This document shows positions 42,237-55,524 of a DNA stretch of 64,000 nt, piece after piece. A program made the translations under genes and the position numbers. The stretch is from Okamejei kenojei (Eukaryota), in NCBI GenBank assembly GCA_035221665.1, contig CM069163.1, forward strand, positions 21,638,001 through 21,702,000, written 5' to 3'. Numbering within the stretch: position 1 is the first letter of the stretch; each line of letters begins with the position of its first letter. The notes beneath the pieces were generated by a model that ran no database searches, was not told where the DNA came from, and worked only from the letters and a program-made list of their open reading frames with translations.

Positions 42237-43029
42237 GTGAGTTTTACTTATAGATGTATGATCAGTGAACATAGTTGATAGGCCCTATACAGAAAACAAA
42301 TTATCTTAAAGCTTAGATATCTAGTTTGCATTTTTTTCCCTAATGTGATCTTTTAGTACTTGCCTTAAAAAAATAATTTGTCTTCGATTGTATGACTAGC
42401 CTTTAGCTTTGCCTTGAGCCTGTTTCTAAAAAAATATTTTGGAGACACATCATTGATCCTTTAAAACTGCAATTGTTTTAATGTAATATATTATTGCAGG
42501 AACAGAAGTAAAGCTTGAGGACACAGGTGATCGTGTTAGTACAATAAATCCTCGATATAATGGATCATTGAGGGGGAGGTGGGGAATAATGGAGTCTGTT
42601 ATTGGCAATTATCCGCTAGAACCGAGTAAAGGGGGTAAATATTAACTAGTTTAACCCAAGGCCAGGTGGGAAAAAACGTGGTGTCAAGGGATGTGGGGGT
42701 TAAACGAGCAGGAATTCACAGGCCAGGGAGCCACAGAGACCCCGGCCCCACACGCACTGCGCCAGGGATGGGCCCGGTACTCACACTCCCTGCATGCTGA
42801 AATGCTCTTCAAGAGTGTTTTACTGCTCACTCTCTCCCCACTGACACCTGTCCACTGCCCAACACCACACTGCGTGCCACCCACAAACAGCCACTACGGT
42901 CGGAAGCCTCAATCCGCTACACATGAAATCCGTCATAAATTTGCCCATGCTCCATAATAGCTTTTGGTTAATGGAAATCTATGTTTTTATTCTGCAATGA
43001 GGAATAAGCAAATGTTCCTTTCTTTGCAG

Positions 43030-43075
43030 GGTGTCAGCAGGTATCTTTGAGCCTGTTGTTATCGAGAGCCGTTGA
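43030..43075 (+). CDS. EEIG1: EEIG1 last coding exon
   Basis: ttgcag| VSAGIFEPVVIESR* (human VSSGVYEPVVIESH*). Confidence 0.95.
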
Positions 43076-46000
43076 GAAGCTTGGGGGTCAACGATCTACT
43101 AACCACTTTCCATTCAAGCTCCTTGTCTACTGCACATATAATCTTCTCACCAGATCATGCCGCCCACCTACACAGCTGGACTGGAGGAAGAGGGTGGCTG
43201 TTTCCATCCAATAGCCCCAAGTTTTGGCAGATGTTGATTCTCACTGCATTGGAGTGATAGGCAATTGGTTTTATGTTGCAAAATTTACTGAACCAATGCT
43301 GGGATTGAATTTTAGGTAAAACACACTTTTGACTTTGAAAAATTATTTCAGAAATCCTTTTAAACACAATATTTAGATACTGATGCCATCTGGTTGTGAT
43401 CAGTTGAAAAGGGGACAGATTTTTTATGAGATGCAGTGGCATTATTTCATGTCAGACCAGAGCATGTATAAAAGATCTCTCTCCTGCAAAAACCTGCAGA
43501 CCAAGATTGTGAACTAAGCATGTTAGCCCATGAAACTTTCTGTGGTATTAAGAAAAAGAATGCTTTTAAATGTCTTTAAAGATCTTTATTGTGTTTACCG
43601 CAAACTTCAGTGCGTGGCAGGACTACTAGTGAACAAACTAGATTGTGATTTTGATCACAAGAAAAGCACACAAGTTTTCCTATAATTTTAAGAATTCCAA
43701 TACCATCATTTTTCATATCAGAACCAGGTGTCTGGGAAAAATTGAGCTATGTTTCATAAGCATAGCGATCCAATCCCAAATAAAACTCTGATCATTCCAA
43801 TTCCAAATCAATGAGTCAACCATGACGCCATTAAGGCATGCTTACAATACGGTGAAGTCTTTGCATTGAGTATTTGAGTACGCTTTGGGTGTTGGATTTC
43901 TCCTGAAATCAAGTTATAGGATGTTACTTTGTTTTGTTCAGTCAAGATTTTATTCATGTCTCCTGATGCTTTTTAAGCTCGGCAGCGACTCAGCAACTTT
44001 GTGCAGCTAATATTTCTTTTAATAATGTATGTTAAAGGAGTGCATTTCTTTTTAGACAGGGAGCAAGTTCATCTTAATTTTTATTTTTAATCTATGGTGC
44101 AGGGGAATAAAAATCAATCGTGTGTTTTAGCCTGTACGTAATGAACACTTAAAGGACAATGGCTGGTTTGAAATAGTCAAGGAAAAAAAATTACACGTAA
44201 GTGGCATCTAGTGTAATTACAATAACTTTATCAGAAAGAGATATGGGTGTATTCTGCAGAGATGAGAAGCGGATCATTGAACTAGACACCTATCCCCGAT
44301 ATTGGCTTTGAATTACACCCACTGTCCATAAAACTACAGGCGATCCTTGCTTTGCAGATGTTTTCAAAAACCACATTATATGTTGAGCACAAGCTGCTGC
44401 TCTAAAATGGAGATTGTCATCAGTCCTTTGGTAGGTGTCCTTTATTACAGACTTTTGCTTGCTTAAAGCAAAGGTTTCTTTCAAAATCAAAATTTATTTT
44501 CCAGAATGGATTCTGGACCTATCAAATTAAATAAACAACCCTTTGACCCCAAGAGTTTAACCCCAAGTTAAAGTTAGATATCTGCCGCACAGCATTAATA
44601 ACTGTTTTCCTTACAACATTGCTACTGGAACACTCCATTCTTGCCAGTGCCAAGATCTAGTGATGAATATTACATGTTCCAGTTCTTCTGTACATTACCC
44701 ATTATCTACTGCTCATCTCTGGCTAACTGTGAGTAAGTATTCTAATTGTCCAGATCTTGGACTGCAGTTCTGAGCCAGCTTGCTGCCATCAGCATTGTTG
44801 CCTCTGATGGAACAAATTACTCCAATCATTTATGCCTAGAAGCTTTTGCTCTTTTGTGATGTCATTTTCTGCACCTAAATATCTTGGCAGTGGTTAGCTA
44901 TGCACTTTGAGGACTTTAACATTTTCTGCACCATCCACGTCGTCTTGCTATTGCATGTCACCTGTGAATATTGTAGCTTGATTGACGTACTGTGAATGGT
45001 TAACTTGTACAAGATCTGTATCTGTGGTATATTGAGGCCTAGAACACAAGGCTGCAATGAATAATGTCCTGATTTTTGTACTGTTTTAATAACTGTTCTG
45101 TAACAACTAGTATAAACAAAAACTTTAGCTTGTTATCTATGAATGCATAGTAAAAAATAACAATTTTTACCTGCTGGGGAATATTTAGGTAACATAGGCA
45201 GCAGGTTCACAGATGATTAAATGTACTTTCTAAGTCAGCATATTTGTTTAAATAATCTTTTTGGAACAATAGTTTAGCCACAGCAACGGTTAGCCGTAAA
45301 ATAATGCCTATTTGGCCAGCATGCGTATATAATTAAGATTAAAAAAAATATGGTGTCATTTGAACGGTGTTTCTGCTGGTTGTGATGAGGAAACACAGCC
45401 ACCATTCAAAGTTCCACCCCAAAAAAAATTGGCTTCTAGATTTTCACATTCCAGGGTGAGGTTAAGCATGCTTACACGAAGAGTGAAGAGTAGTAGATAT
45501 TTTTTCCCATCTTCCCACAAATCTGTTACTGCTGAGATTGAGAATTGCTGTCACATGAGAGCATGTTTGTACTGTGCACATTTAAGCCAGGAATCGTTTG
45601 GTGATTAACCAAACTTGTTGATCACAACACACTTGAGCTAACGAGCTGAATTCAATTTTGAGGCACTTGAGTGAAAGAAGAATCAACCACCAAAAGCTCA
45701 TGGAAGAGTTTTAGGAACCCCCTTTTTACTAAACAAAATTATTTTAAAAAAATGTTCATGAGTGGTTACTGGTGTAATTTGTACATCCATTGTGTAACCT
45801 CAGGCTTTAATTGCTTCATTTAGTTCAGGTTTGTGGTTTACTTAATAGAAAAAAAGGAACAAGTTTGGTATTAGTGCCAAAGCATGTTTAGAACCCCTGT
45901 TACTTGGATGATTAAAGTGCATACTCGCCCCTATTTACCTATTTTGTACTTTGGTACTATTGGTTCTTGAGCTGACCCCAGTCTCCATTGGCCCTCCTCC

Positions 46001-46299
46001 CCTGGTCAAAGTCCTTCCCTCCAATCCATCCACCTTGCATTTTAACACTCAGTTTGCATAATTCATGGTTTTAGGCTAATCATTGCTGCAGCAGTGGTCT
46101 GTCTGAAACTCTTGAAGGGAGGAGTTTGTATTAATCCTCCTGTTTCAAAGTAACAACTTTGTTCCATGCCACACACAATATAGAGCAATAACTGCCACAG
46201 ATGTTTAATATTACCATAAAAGTGTGTTTTACAAGTACACTCCATACTAATTATTTTTATGTCAGTTTTCTTTTGGGATCTGGATGATGCAGGCAAGTC

Positions 46300-47600
46300 C
46301 AGTGATTATTTCCTGTTATAGCTCTTCAAAAGCTGTTGAAGGGCAGCTGTCCTGAACAAACACTGCATCTTAGTGAAGCTATTCCCACACAGCTGGTAGG
46401 GAAGGAATCTCGGGAATTAGAACCGTCACTGGTAGAACAACGAGGCTTTCCCCAATCAAGAAGGTGCGCTATTCGAAGGGGAACATGCAGGTCATAGTAT
46501 TCCCATGCACTTGCTGCCCTTATTATTTTTGGTAGAGTTTGTAGATTTGGGAGGTGCAGTTGGAACAACCAAGGCAAGTAATTGCATTGTATTTTGTAGA
46601 TTGTTACGCCATGCAGCCACTGTCTGCTGGTAGCAAAGTAAAATTAAGGATGGAGGATAGGTTATGAATCAATGGATGGTGTTGAACTTGCAAGTTGTTG
46701 GATCTGTCCTCATGTAAAGGAGAGTATTCCATCTATGTGCCTTGTTGATGGTGGAAAGGCTTTGGGGTATCAGAAAATGGATAATTCGCTGCAGAATATC
46801 CAGCATCTGTCCAGCTTTGTGGCCTCAGATTTTATGTTGCTGGGCCAGTTGCTTTTCTGGTCATTGGTGATTTGGAAGATGTTGGCGGTAGAGGACTTAG
46901 TGAATATAATGCCCATGAATGTTAAGGAGAAATGGTTAGACTCGCTTGTCGTAGGTCACTGCAATGTGAAACATTAATTACTCGCCACTTATCAGTCCAT
47001 GTCTGAATGTAGTCTAGGTCTTACTGTGCGTATGTTTAATTTGCTGAAGTCATGAATGAAATTGGACATTTTGCAGTCATCAGCAAACATCTCCGCTTTC
47101 TTTCTTATGTGGAAAGAAGGCCATTGATAAAACAGCTAAAAAGTTGCAGGTCTAGAACATGGCTCTGGAGTGTAGTGATGCCCTGAACTTCACCAACCAC
47201 AACCATCTTTCTTTATGCAGGGCACGACTCCATCCATTGGAGTTATTTTTCTTCCTTGGCATCATTCACTTCCGTTATACCAGGGTCCCTTGATGTTACA
47301 CTTGCTAACATGTAACAATGTTAGGGCAGTTGCTCTCACTTCTGGAATTCAACTATCTGGTCCATGTGGGGGCCATGCTACAATTTAATAGCCAAGTAGT
47401 CCTGGTGAAATGCAACCTGGCCATTGGTGTGCATATTATTGGTAAGTGAATACCTCTTGATAGCATCATCGTCAACATCTTCCATCACTGTTGTTGTTGA
47501 TTAAGAGTAGACTAATTAGGTGATAAATAGCCAGATTGGAATTCTCCATATGTTGTGAACAGGATCTGGGACATTTTACCAGATAAATGCCTGTATTGTG
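46300..47600 (-). mobile_element. Old, decayed LINE fragment
   Basis: Antisense RT remnants (gtcatcagcaaacat = MFADD); related in reverse to about 7150-7690. Confidence 0.5.
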
Positions 47601-50600
47601 ACAGTTCTGATGGGCTTGAAGTGCAGCCAGCTTATAAATGTATGTTCAATAAAAGCTATAGATTTGATACCCAATATTTTCTTCTGACAAAATTATAGTG
47701 AAAAAAATTTAATAATACATCAAATTTAAAAAAAGAGTTAAATACTTTTAAATAGTTAACTACTGGTAGTTATTTGTTTTCTTTAAGTTTTACTTATACA
47801 AAGTGGTCACCGACATCAACATTTGTTCTGTTTTACAATGCTTGTCCACAAAATGACCAGCAATTTCAAACCATTTATTTCAGGATTTGATCTCTCTACC
47901 ATTTAAGTTGTTGCATTGTGACACATGTCTAGATATAAATGCTAAACTAAGTTCTAACTTTTTAAAGTACCTTTTGAATGTTGGATCAGGATCCTACAGT
48001 ACACATTGGACAGGCAAACTGTTATTATATCTTATAAGAATATCCATAGAAAATCTTTTGTGTAACTCCTTATGCATCAAAGTAATCACTTGAGTAAGTA
48101 TGTGTGTTTACCTAATATACAACCTTTTCCCAGTGGATTATTTTATTAAGAGAAGTTAATAAACTTTTTGGGTGATATTAAAATCCAAATATTTTCAGCA
48201 TTTAAAAACACCCACAAATCAAAGTTTCAAATTAGCAAACTTTTATTGTGTTTCAATCACACGGAATATTGGAGATTAAGGTGTTCTGTTAATCAAAGTT
48301 TAAAGTAAATTATTTTCAAATGAAACATTTTTTCAAGCACTTTTTCTAGTCTACTTCCTGTTTTCGGAGGTAGGATCACAAATTACTGTAGGGCTCGCTG
48401 AATGAGGTAACTTTAATTTGTACAGTTTGAATGCATAAATTCCAAACTACATTGTCACTCACTTTACACAACAAAGTGCTGAAGGAACTCAGCAGGTCAG
48501 GCAGCATCTGGAGAGGGAATGGGCAGACAATGTTTCAGGTCCGTTCTCTGCTTTAGACCCGAACTGATATGTCATCTGTCCGCTCCCTGGCCCACTGAGT
48601 TCCTCCAACATTTTGTGTTTTACTCAAGATTCCAGCACCTGCAGTTCCTCGTGTCTCCTTGTCACTGCCTCTGAGCTCTGCTTATTCTGTGGCTTGACAT
48701 TGCTAATAAAATACCCAATTATATTCAACCAAAGCAAACTATTGATAACTGATGTGATCAACCAACTTTGTTTCATCAAATGTAGTTTGAGTCTTTTGAT
48801 TATATATCTTTGAACCCTCCTAGCCTTTTCATTTCTTTTTTTTCCTGGTTTGGTTTTGTTTCTTGATTGAGAAGCTGGTGGATGAGCTTTTTCCCTTCCT
48901 TCATCTTCCTCTAATGCCATAGTATCATTGAAGTATTAAGCCACCTCCAAGATCATTTTGTAAGTGATCACGTAAGCTAGGGATTAAGAAGGGCAGATCT
49001 AATGCAGTCGCCACAATGGAAATTGCATTTACTTACAATACTACATAATAACCATAACTTTAAAGGGAAGGCAGGACGTTTAGATTAGAATAATGTAAGG
49101 CATCGGGTTTCTTGTTAATGAAGGGACTGCAATGCACCAACAAATGTGAGTTCCAAAAGACCACTATTGACTTGAAGAAACTTTGCTTTTGTAGGGTATG
49201 GCCTGAGTTTGCTTTATTCAGTCCATGATTAAGATACTGTATTAGCCATTAATCCAATTTAGAGCTCAGGTGTACTACTTTACCAACTTATTTTGCCAAT
49301 CAAACGTTAATGACTTTTTTTCTTAATTAACTGTTAAGTGATTGCTTTTGTTTGTGAAACTGTCCAATTTTGACCACTGTTGTAGGAACTCTTTTTAAAA
49401 AAAGATGTTTCTGAGAGGTGTTTTTGCCATGTATCGCAGTACTTGCAACTAGCAGGCTAGTTGTGTTGTTTCCTTTTGCCATGATGAGTGGTTTGCCCAA
49501 AATCACGGCACCACCCATCTACCTGTATGAAATTTAAAAAATGTTTAGAACATTGCATTTAAGTGTTGATTATGTTTCTAATTTTCTTTTATAAAAAGTC
49601 AGCTTTTTTTTGGTATTACAGTGAATGAGAATTTTACTGGACTGTTGTGATTTCCTCTGAGTAAAACATTTGGATTGTGGAGTGCCATCTAGCCACACTG
49701 ATGAAGCCAGTCTCTGGCTGGATAAGATAATGATGAATTGTTGAGAAGCTGTTGTGGCCTATATTAATTAACTTGGTATATCCACAGCAGTTAGCAAAAT
49801 ATTAAAACAATATTTCAAAGGTTTTATAGACCACCATAAGATATTGCAGCACCAATTGACACAATTGATTAAAGTCAGTGTTGGTTGCAGTTAATTGCAC
49901 TAGTTGTACAATGCCTTCCATGGTTCGTTTGATGATGAATCAATCAAAGCTATGGTGCACTGTCCAGTCTTAAATAATTTGTTGTATATTCTAATGTGGA
50001 TTGAGAAGGGATGGGTAGTTGAAAAGAATGAGATGTAAATAATAAATCCAAATCTAACTTAAAGCCATAAACCCATTTGATTCTGTAATTTTCCCGTACC
50101 TCCACTTGTTCTTTTCCTCTTTGAAGAGGGGCTGCAATGATGAACGGAAAGCAAGGTTATGATGTTTCATGTCACATAATAAATAGTTATCTATCTATAG
50201 TGCATCCCAGTATTTTCTACTTGAATCTTTTCCAAATGATTATAAGCTGAGAACAAGAAGTGACCATACTTCATACTAAACCCAGAACACAAAATACTGG
50301 AGTAACTCAACAGGTCAGGCAGCAGCTCTGGAGGACATGGCTAAGTGATGTTTTGGGTCAGGACCATATTTCAGTTTGGGACCCTTCTTCAGTTAGCTAA
50401 ACGTTGACTATCCATGGTCTCCAGAGATGCTGCCTGACCCACTGAGTTACTTTAGTGCTGTCTTCTGCACAAGATTCCAGCATCTGCAGTATCTTGTGCT
50501 TCATAAGAAAGATGTATTTTAATTGCCATTTGTTTCAAACTAATTTATGCAACTAGTGTTGCTCATTTGTGTGTTGGTGGGAGGGAGATGTTTTGAACGG

Positions 50601-51780
50601 AGATTCTACGATTCTTTAGCAAATAAGCAATTAAAGTAATTGGAAGTAGAGGAAAGAACATTTAATTGTTAACTGACTTGAGTTAAATTTCCTGTGCATT
50701 TTTTTTGTAAATCAAATGCAGCTAAATAAATCCATTCGAGCTTCAGAGTTAACTGAGAACTCATCAGCTAATTGCTGTAAAATGGTTTGGTTCCCATGTT
50801 TTCCACTTTCAGAATGAGAAAGAAGTAAAGGAAGAATTGAAATCTACTGTGCGCTTCATGAATCATTGCTATCTGTTTTCTGGAGGCTTGGTAGTTCTTT
50901 AAAGGCATAGAATAGGTTTACTGATTACTTCACAAATTGTGCAGTGACTGTTTTGTTTCTAAAGCTGGGTTTTCAGTGTACTGCTTTATAATGATCATCA
51001 AAACATTATTAGTTACTTCCCTGATAAATTTTACTTGTTCCTGAATTTTCTCAAGGTTTGTTTGTGACATTTCTATACTACATGGAAGAGGGGTGGGGTA
51101 CTTTGCAGATTCTAATAGTAATTACTAGCAATCAATCTTAAAAATGTGTCTGCTTTCAAATTTATTTAATGTTTGTTTTTAACTCATTTTTATTCATTAA
51201 ATGCCAACCCTAACGGGACTGCTGAATGTGACCTGTACCTGGATAGCACGTTAAATAGACTGAAATAAATTACTTTTTATCAACCTCTTTTAATCAGCTC
51301 TTTGCTGAGGGAAAATGTGTGGCTAACTGGCACTCCACTTGTCGGAAGCGATTTTGTATGTTTCTGAAGGGGATTTGAAGCTATGCATTGGGAGTCCAGG
51401 CCCTTCAATAGATGGATTTAACATTTTCTGAAATGACCTAACTGTCAACTAAAGTTGAATAATGACAAAATATTTTTATGATTTTGTTTAAAAAAAAAGG
51501 TGTAATAGAATGTATTCAAAATGATATACAGTATTTAGACACTTATTTTTGTGATTCAATGGAGGTGGGTGTACAGGTTTCTTAAGTGCCCAGAGGATGT
51601 GGAATTTATAGAAATGTTTTATCAGCTGGAATATTGTATAACATTTAGATATGTTTAGATGCACAATGGTTAAAGAAAATTGTATTAAGGTTATTTGTTT
51701 CATATTTTAAAATGTAACTATAGGACAGTATCATGTAATACTGTGTTTTTTGGGAAATGATATTGGGTACCTGTATTAAC

Positions 51781-51786
51781 AATAAA
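51781..51786 (+). terminator. Candidate distal polyadenylation signal of EEIG1
   Basis: AATAAA after a TGTA-rich AT-rich tract and before a GT/T-rich tract; usage not demonstrable from sequence. Confidence 0.35.
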
Positions 51787-52945
51787 AGCTGTTATTTTGT
51801 GTTTAGCATAAAGAGTTTTATTTTATGAAAAAAAATGTAAAATATGGATTTTCATTGCACTCGCAGGAGTGCCCCAATTAGAGCAATGTGCAAAGTGGGT
51901 ATATTAAGGAATCATTATTGTTTCACAACTTCCTTGGCTCCTGCTATGGTTCTGCAGACCTATTCACTTGCCTAAATGGTTAACTCTCACGCAAGGAAAC
52001 ATGGTCTGTATTGGCAGTATGCTCATCTGCTGGATGGCATCACGGGTCACTTGCTACCATTGTACCAACAGAGGACCTTGGAGAGGTTCCTACGCTGTAA
52101 CTCCAACTATTTCCGTATTTTTGAAACTTAACGACAGTTGTTAGCTCATAACATTGTCTGCAAATGGCAAATTCAGCATACACAAGGGAGTTGATTCCTT
52201 AAAGTATAGCTTGGAACATATCAGGTTGTACATTCAACCCTTTGAGGCACTGATAGTGTTCAACAAACAACTAGACAGTAAACACTTTCAAAAGTTTTTA
52301 AGACGCTCCAAACATCTCATAGAATATTACAGCTTTAGAGCACATTCAGCGTGCCATGACTGCACTATAAAGCTATAGTAAAGCTAGCCAATTTGTAATC
52401 CTTCAAAGATCTTGCCCATCCTCCAGTAAATTTTCAAAGGATTGTAGAAATAATACATTTGAAAATAAAAATTCCTGAACAGCCATGGTTTGAATTTATT
52501 CACTGGGTCATTCATTCATTCAGGGTTCTGGATCACCAATTGATTAACATAGTAATTGTACTCCCAAATTCTTACAATACAGTGGATGAATTTCTATCAT
52601 TGATTTGTGAATTCATAAGCAATAAATATTCTACTCCCAACCTCGTGTTAAAATGTTTAACTCCCAAAGTGTTGGTCTTAACAAGGAGTCCCCGGAAACC
52701 ATTTGCCAGAACCTCAGCACAAAGATTTTGGAAATAATTAATGCACCATCATGAGTTATTTTTCTTTAAATCTATGGGGAAATATTCCCAAAACATGCTT
52801 TAGTTTGTCTTTCCAAGCTGTAGAGCTAACTTTTATAAAATAACACCACTTTTTAAATACATTCAATCTGAATAGGGAAGGAAAAATGAAATCTGAATGT
52901 TTTGCAGCAAATACTTTGTGGGTGTGCATTGCAGATCAAAGGAAG

Positions 52946-53094
52946 CTAATCTGGAATATTGCTTAATCGGTTATGTCTCTGTCTTGTGCTCTTTCTTCTT
53001 TCCACACACGCAAAGCACAAGCTTAACCAGATGTTTTCCTTGGGAATAATTTCGATGCCATTTGGAGTTCTGACTGGATCGAATGCACACAAGC
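52946..53094 (-). CDS. CD-M6PR/ATG27-like membrane protein, last coding exon (cytoplasmic tail)
   Basis: ttttctcag| (G)LCAFDPVRTPNGIEIIPKENIWLSLCFACVERRKSTRQRHNRLSNIPD*; phase 1 fits; GxExxPxxxxW resembles the M6PR tail GMEQFPHLAFW. Confidence 0.8.
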
Positions 53095-53779
53095 CTGAGA
53101 AAATAACCAGAGAGACTTCAGATTCCTCACTTCCATGTTGCCATTAACAAATAGTTATTTGATGCTTCAAGAGACCTAGCAGCTTAAGGGTTCATGTGCA
53201 CCAAAAAAACTATATTATTTGTGGTATCTTGTTAGTAACAAGGTCCAACAGCATTTAAAATGAATCAGAATGGCTTAAGGTATGTTATGTTCCTTAAGCC
53301 AAAATAGAGATAACTTCTTTGGTTTGAAACATGATAAATTGTCAAATTATCTGTTTTAGTGGAGGGATAAATATCAGTCTGGACAACAAGCATGTTCCTG
53401 TACTTATTTGAATTGGTTAAACGGCTCGGGCCATTCAACACTATTTCAGTACACTGAGCTGTCACCCACTCTCCACCACCGAATGAATGTCTTCACTTTA
53501 CCAATTGATAATTGTAATCATGCTTCATCTTATGCTTATTGATCTATAATGTTTCGTGGTCCCCAAACACCTTAATTTAAATTCTTGGGTTTAAATCATT
53601 TGCCGATCTTCCCCTTCCACCGCATATCTCTCTCAACACGTGAAACTCCACTATAAAGTTATGTTTGGCTACTTGTATATTAACCCCGCCTCTCCACTGT
53701 CCCATTCTTGACCCACAATTGATGCTGTCCCTTCTGTCGTCCACTATTCCCTTTAATGTAAAGCAAGTTTACATGGCTT

Positions 53780-54035
53780 GTAGAAACAAGCCCTTTGGAC
53801 CATTGAGTCCACACTGACCATCAATCACCCATTCACACTAGTTCTATGTTATCCCGCTTTCTCATCCACTCACTTCACACTGAGGGCAATTTACAGAGGC
53901 AGATTAAACTACAGTTCAGCATGTCTTTGGGAGGAAACCGGAGCACCCAGAGGAAACCCAAGCTGTCACAGGGAGAACGTGCATACTCTACACAGACTGC
54001 ATCTGAGGTCAGGATCGAACCCAGGTCTCTACCAG
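53780..54035 (-). mobile_element. HE1-like V-SINE
   Basis: gggaggaaaccggagcaccc...aggatcgaacccaggtc (antisense V-domain and B-box). Confidence 0.8.
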
Positions 54036-54297
54036 CTGTCAACATCTCAAATCTTATTAATAATCGAGATCCCATGCTTTACAGTTCCTTTCTAACGTTT
54101 TTGCACCTCTACTCCTTTAGCCCTTCCTTGACCATCACTAAAAGTTGTGATTTAACCTTTGGTCACCCCCTCTGTTTCTCCCCCCCCCCCCCCCCCCCCC
54201 CCTTAATTTTTCTCGTGTAGTTTTGATGATTTATGTGAATCACATTAGGACCATTATGTTAAAAATGCTGCTTGATTGAAAGCCACCATTAACCCAC

Positions 54298-54513
54298 CAA
54301 ACAAGAAGTAGGCTGTAATTGTTATGCTGAACACTACTAAGATGATGGTTCCTGGACCCACATCGGGATGCTTGCAGCTGTTGGGGCAGGCACAAAGGTT
54401 ATCGATAGAAGTCCATAACACATCGGGATTCTCTGGTTCTTGAGAGGGAGTCACTGAGCGACTGGAGCTGCAAATGTATCGAACCACTGTCTGCCGTGAA
54501 CTGCTGGGTGATG
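54298..54513 (-). CDS. CD-M6PR/ATG27-like membrane protein, coding exon 2 (end of luminal domain plus TM)
   Basis: ttctttatacgttacag| (A)SPSSSRQTVVRYICS...IDNLCACPNSCKHPDVGPGTIILVVFSITITAYFLF(G) |gtgggt; 216 nt, phase 1-1. Confidence 0.85.
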
Positions 54514-54635
54514 CTGTAACGTATAAAGAAGATAATTAAAATTATGCTCTGCAAGTGAGCAAAGCAACAAAAATAATTTACAGTTGTTGGTACCTTTTGA
54601 TCAGTGAAATAAGCCAAAACACTTCAAACATCAAA

Positions 54636-54730
54636 ACTCTCTTATACCTGCATTAAGGAGGCAATTAAACACACCTGAGCAATTGCAAACGCCTGTGAAG
54701 CCATGTGTCCCAAACATTATGGTGCCTGAA

Positions 54731-54774
<44 letters not shown>

Positions 54775-54934
54775 ACTATGTATAAACACTGCTGTAATTT
54801 CTACATGTTATTAAAATCTGACAATGTGCACTTCAACCATATGTGATTTTTGTCTATTACAAATCTCAAATTGTGGAGTACAGAGGCAAATAAATACATG
54901 ATGGGTCTTTGTCCCAAACATTATGGTGGGCACA
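54636..54934. mobile_element. Tc1 terminal fragment (same family as 12759-14576) with a 40-nt G run
   Basis: Matches 14310-14576; a short G run in that copy is G40 here (54734-54773). Confidence 0.85.
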
Positions 54935-55094
54935 GGCAAAGGCACTTCATGGTAGAGTTATCAAACACAATTTGACAACAAGCTACACTAGAAACAGTTT
55001 GTGGGAGCTTTCTTCATGTGGTAGGTTTTAAACTCGAGAGTCAGAAATTTGAGGGAATTTTCCACTGGGGGGGGGGGGGGTCGAGAAATCTTAC

Positions 55095-55524
55095 CTGAAT
55101 AGGTGACAGTGAGTATTTTTGACTTGTTATCATAATTGAACTCATTCAGCTTGTGCCTCCCATAGTTGTGAAAGTTCGCTTTCTCTCTCCCTTGGGCTTG
55201 GTATCTGAAGATCAGGCAAACAGCCACATCCGAACAGTCTGAAGCAAACATGAAAGGTTCACTAAATGGACGACAAGGGCTAAATGAGTAAAGAATATTA
55301 AGATCAGAATCCCCAGACGAACTAGTTGTAAGAGATTTATCCTTAGCCAGAAATCCATTATCGTCCCCCACTGCTGCTAGGTTAATTACTCCTGATCCAT
55401 CCTTCATTATACATTTGCAGGAATTCAGCTTAATGCATTCTGATCTCTGGGAGAAAGAGGGAGAAAACCATAATATCAGCAGCAAGTATAGCCAGCTGAA
55501 AGTCCCAACCCCTGTACTCTGCAT
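55095..55524 (-). CDS. CD-M6PR/ATG27-like membrane protein, coding exon 1 (signal peptide plus MRH-like domain)
   Basis: MQSTGVGTFSWLYLLLILWFSPSFS signal peptide; C-x4-C-x-C..DGSGVINL..YSFSPC..F...C...AVC..YG...LTVTYS |gtaaga; alternative in-frame ATG at 55551 directly after an acceptor AG. Confidence 0.85.

Noticed and set aside
54734-54773. Long G/C homopolymers (also near 9256, 18318, 54180, 59600) as G-quadruplex elements
   Set aside because: Expansions of short runs within repeats; lengths are unreliable in assemblies
54988-55094. C-terminal part of the 187-aa ORF (GKISRPPPPP...)
   Set aside because: Intron read-through past the GTAAGA donor at 55094
52946-55524. Calling the gene M6PR
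   Set aside because: Luminal domain, exon count and C-terminus differ from recalled M6PR; symbol left blank
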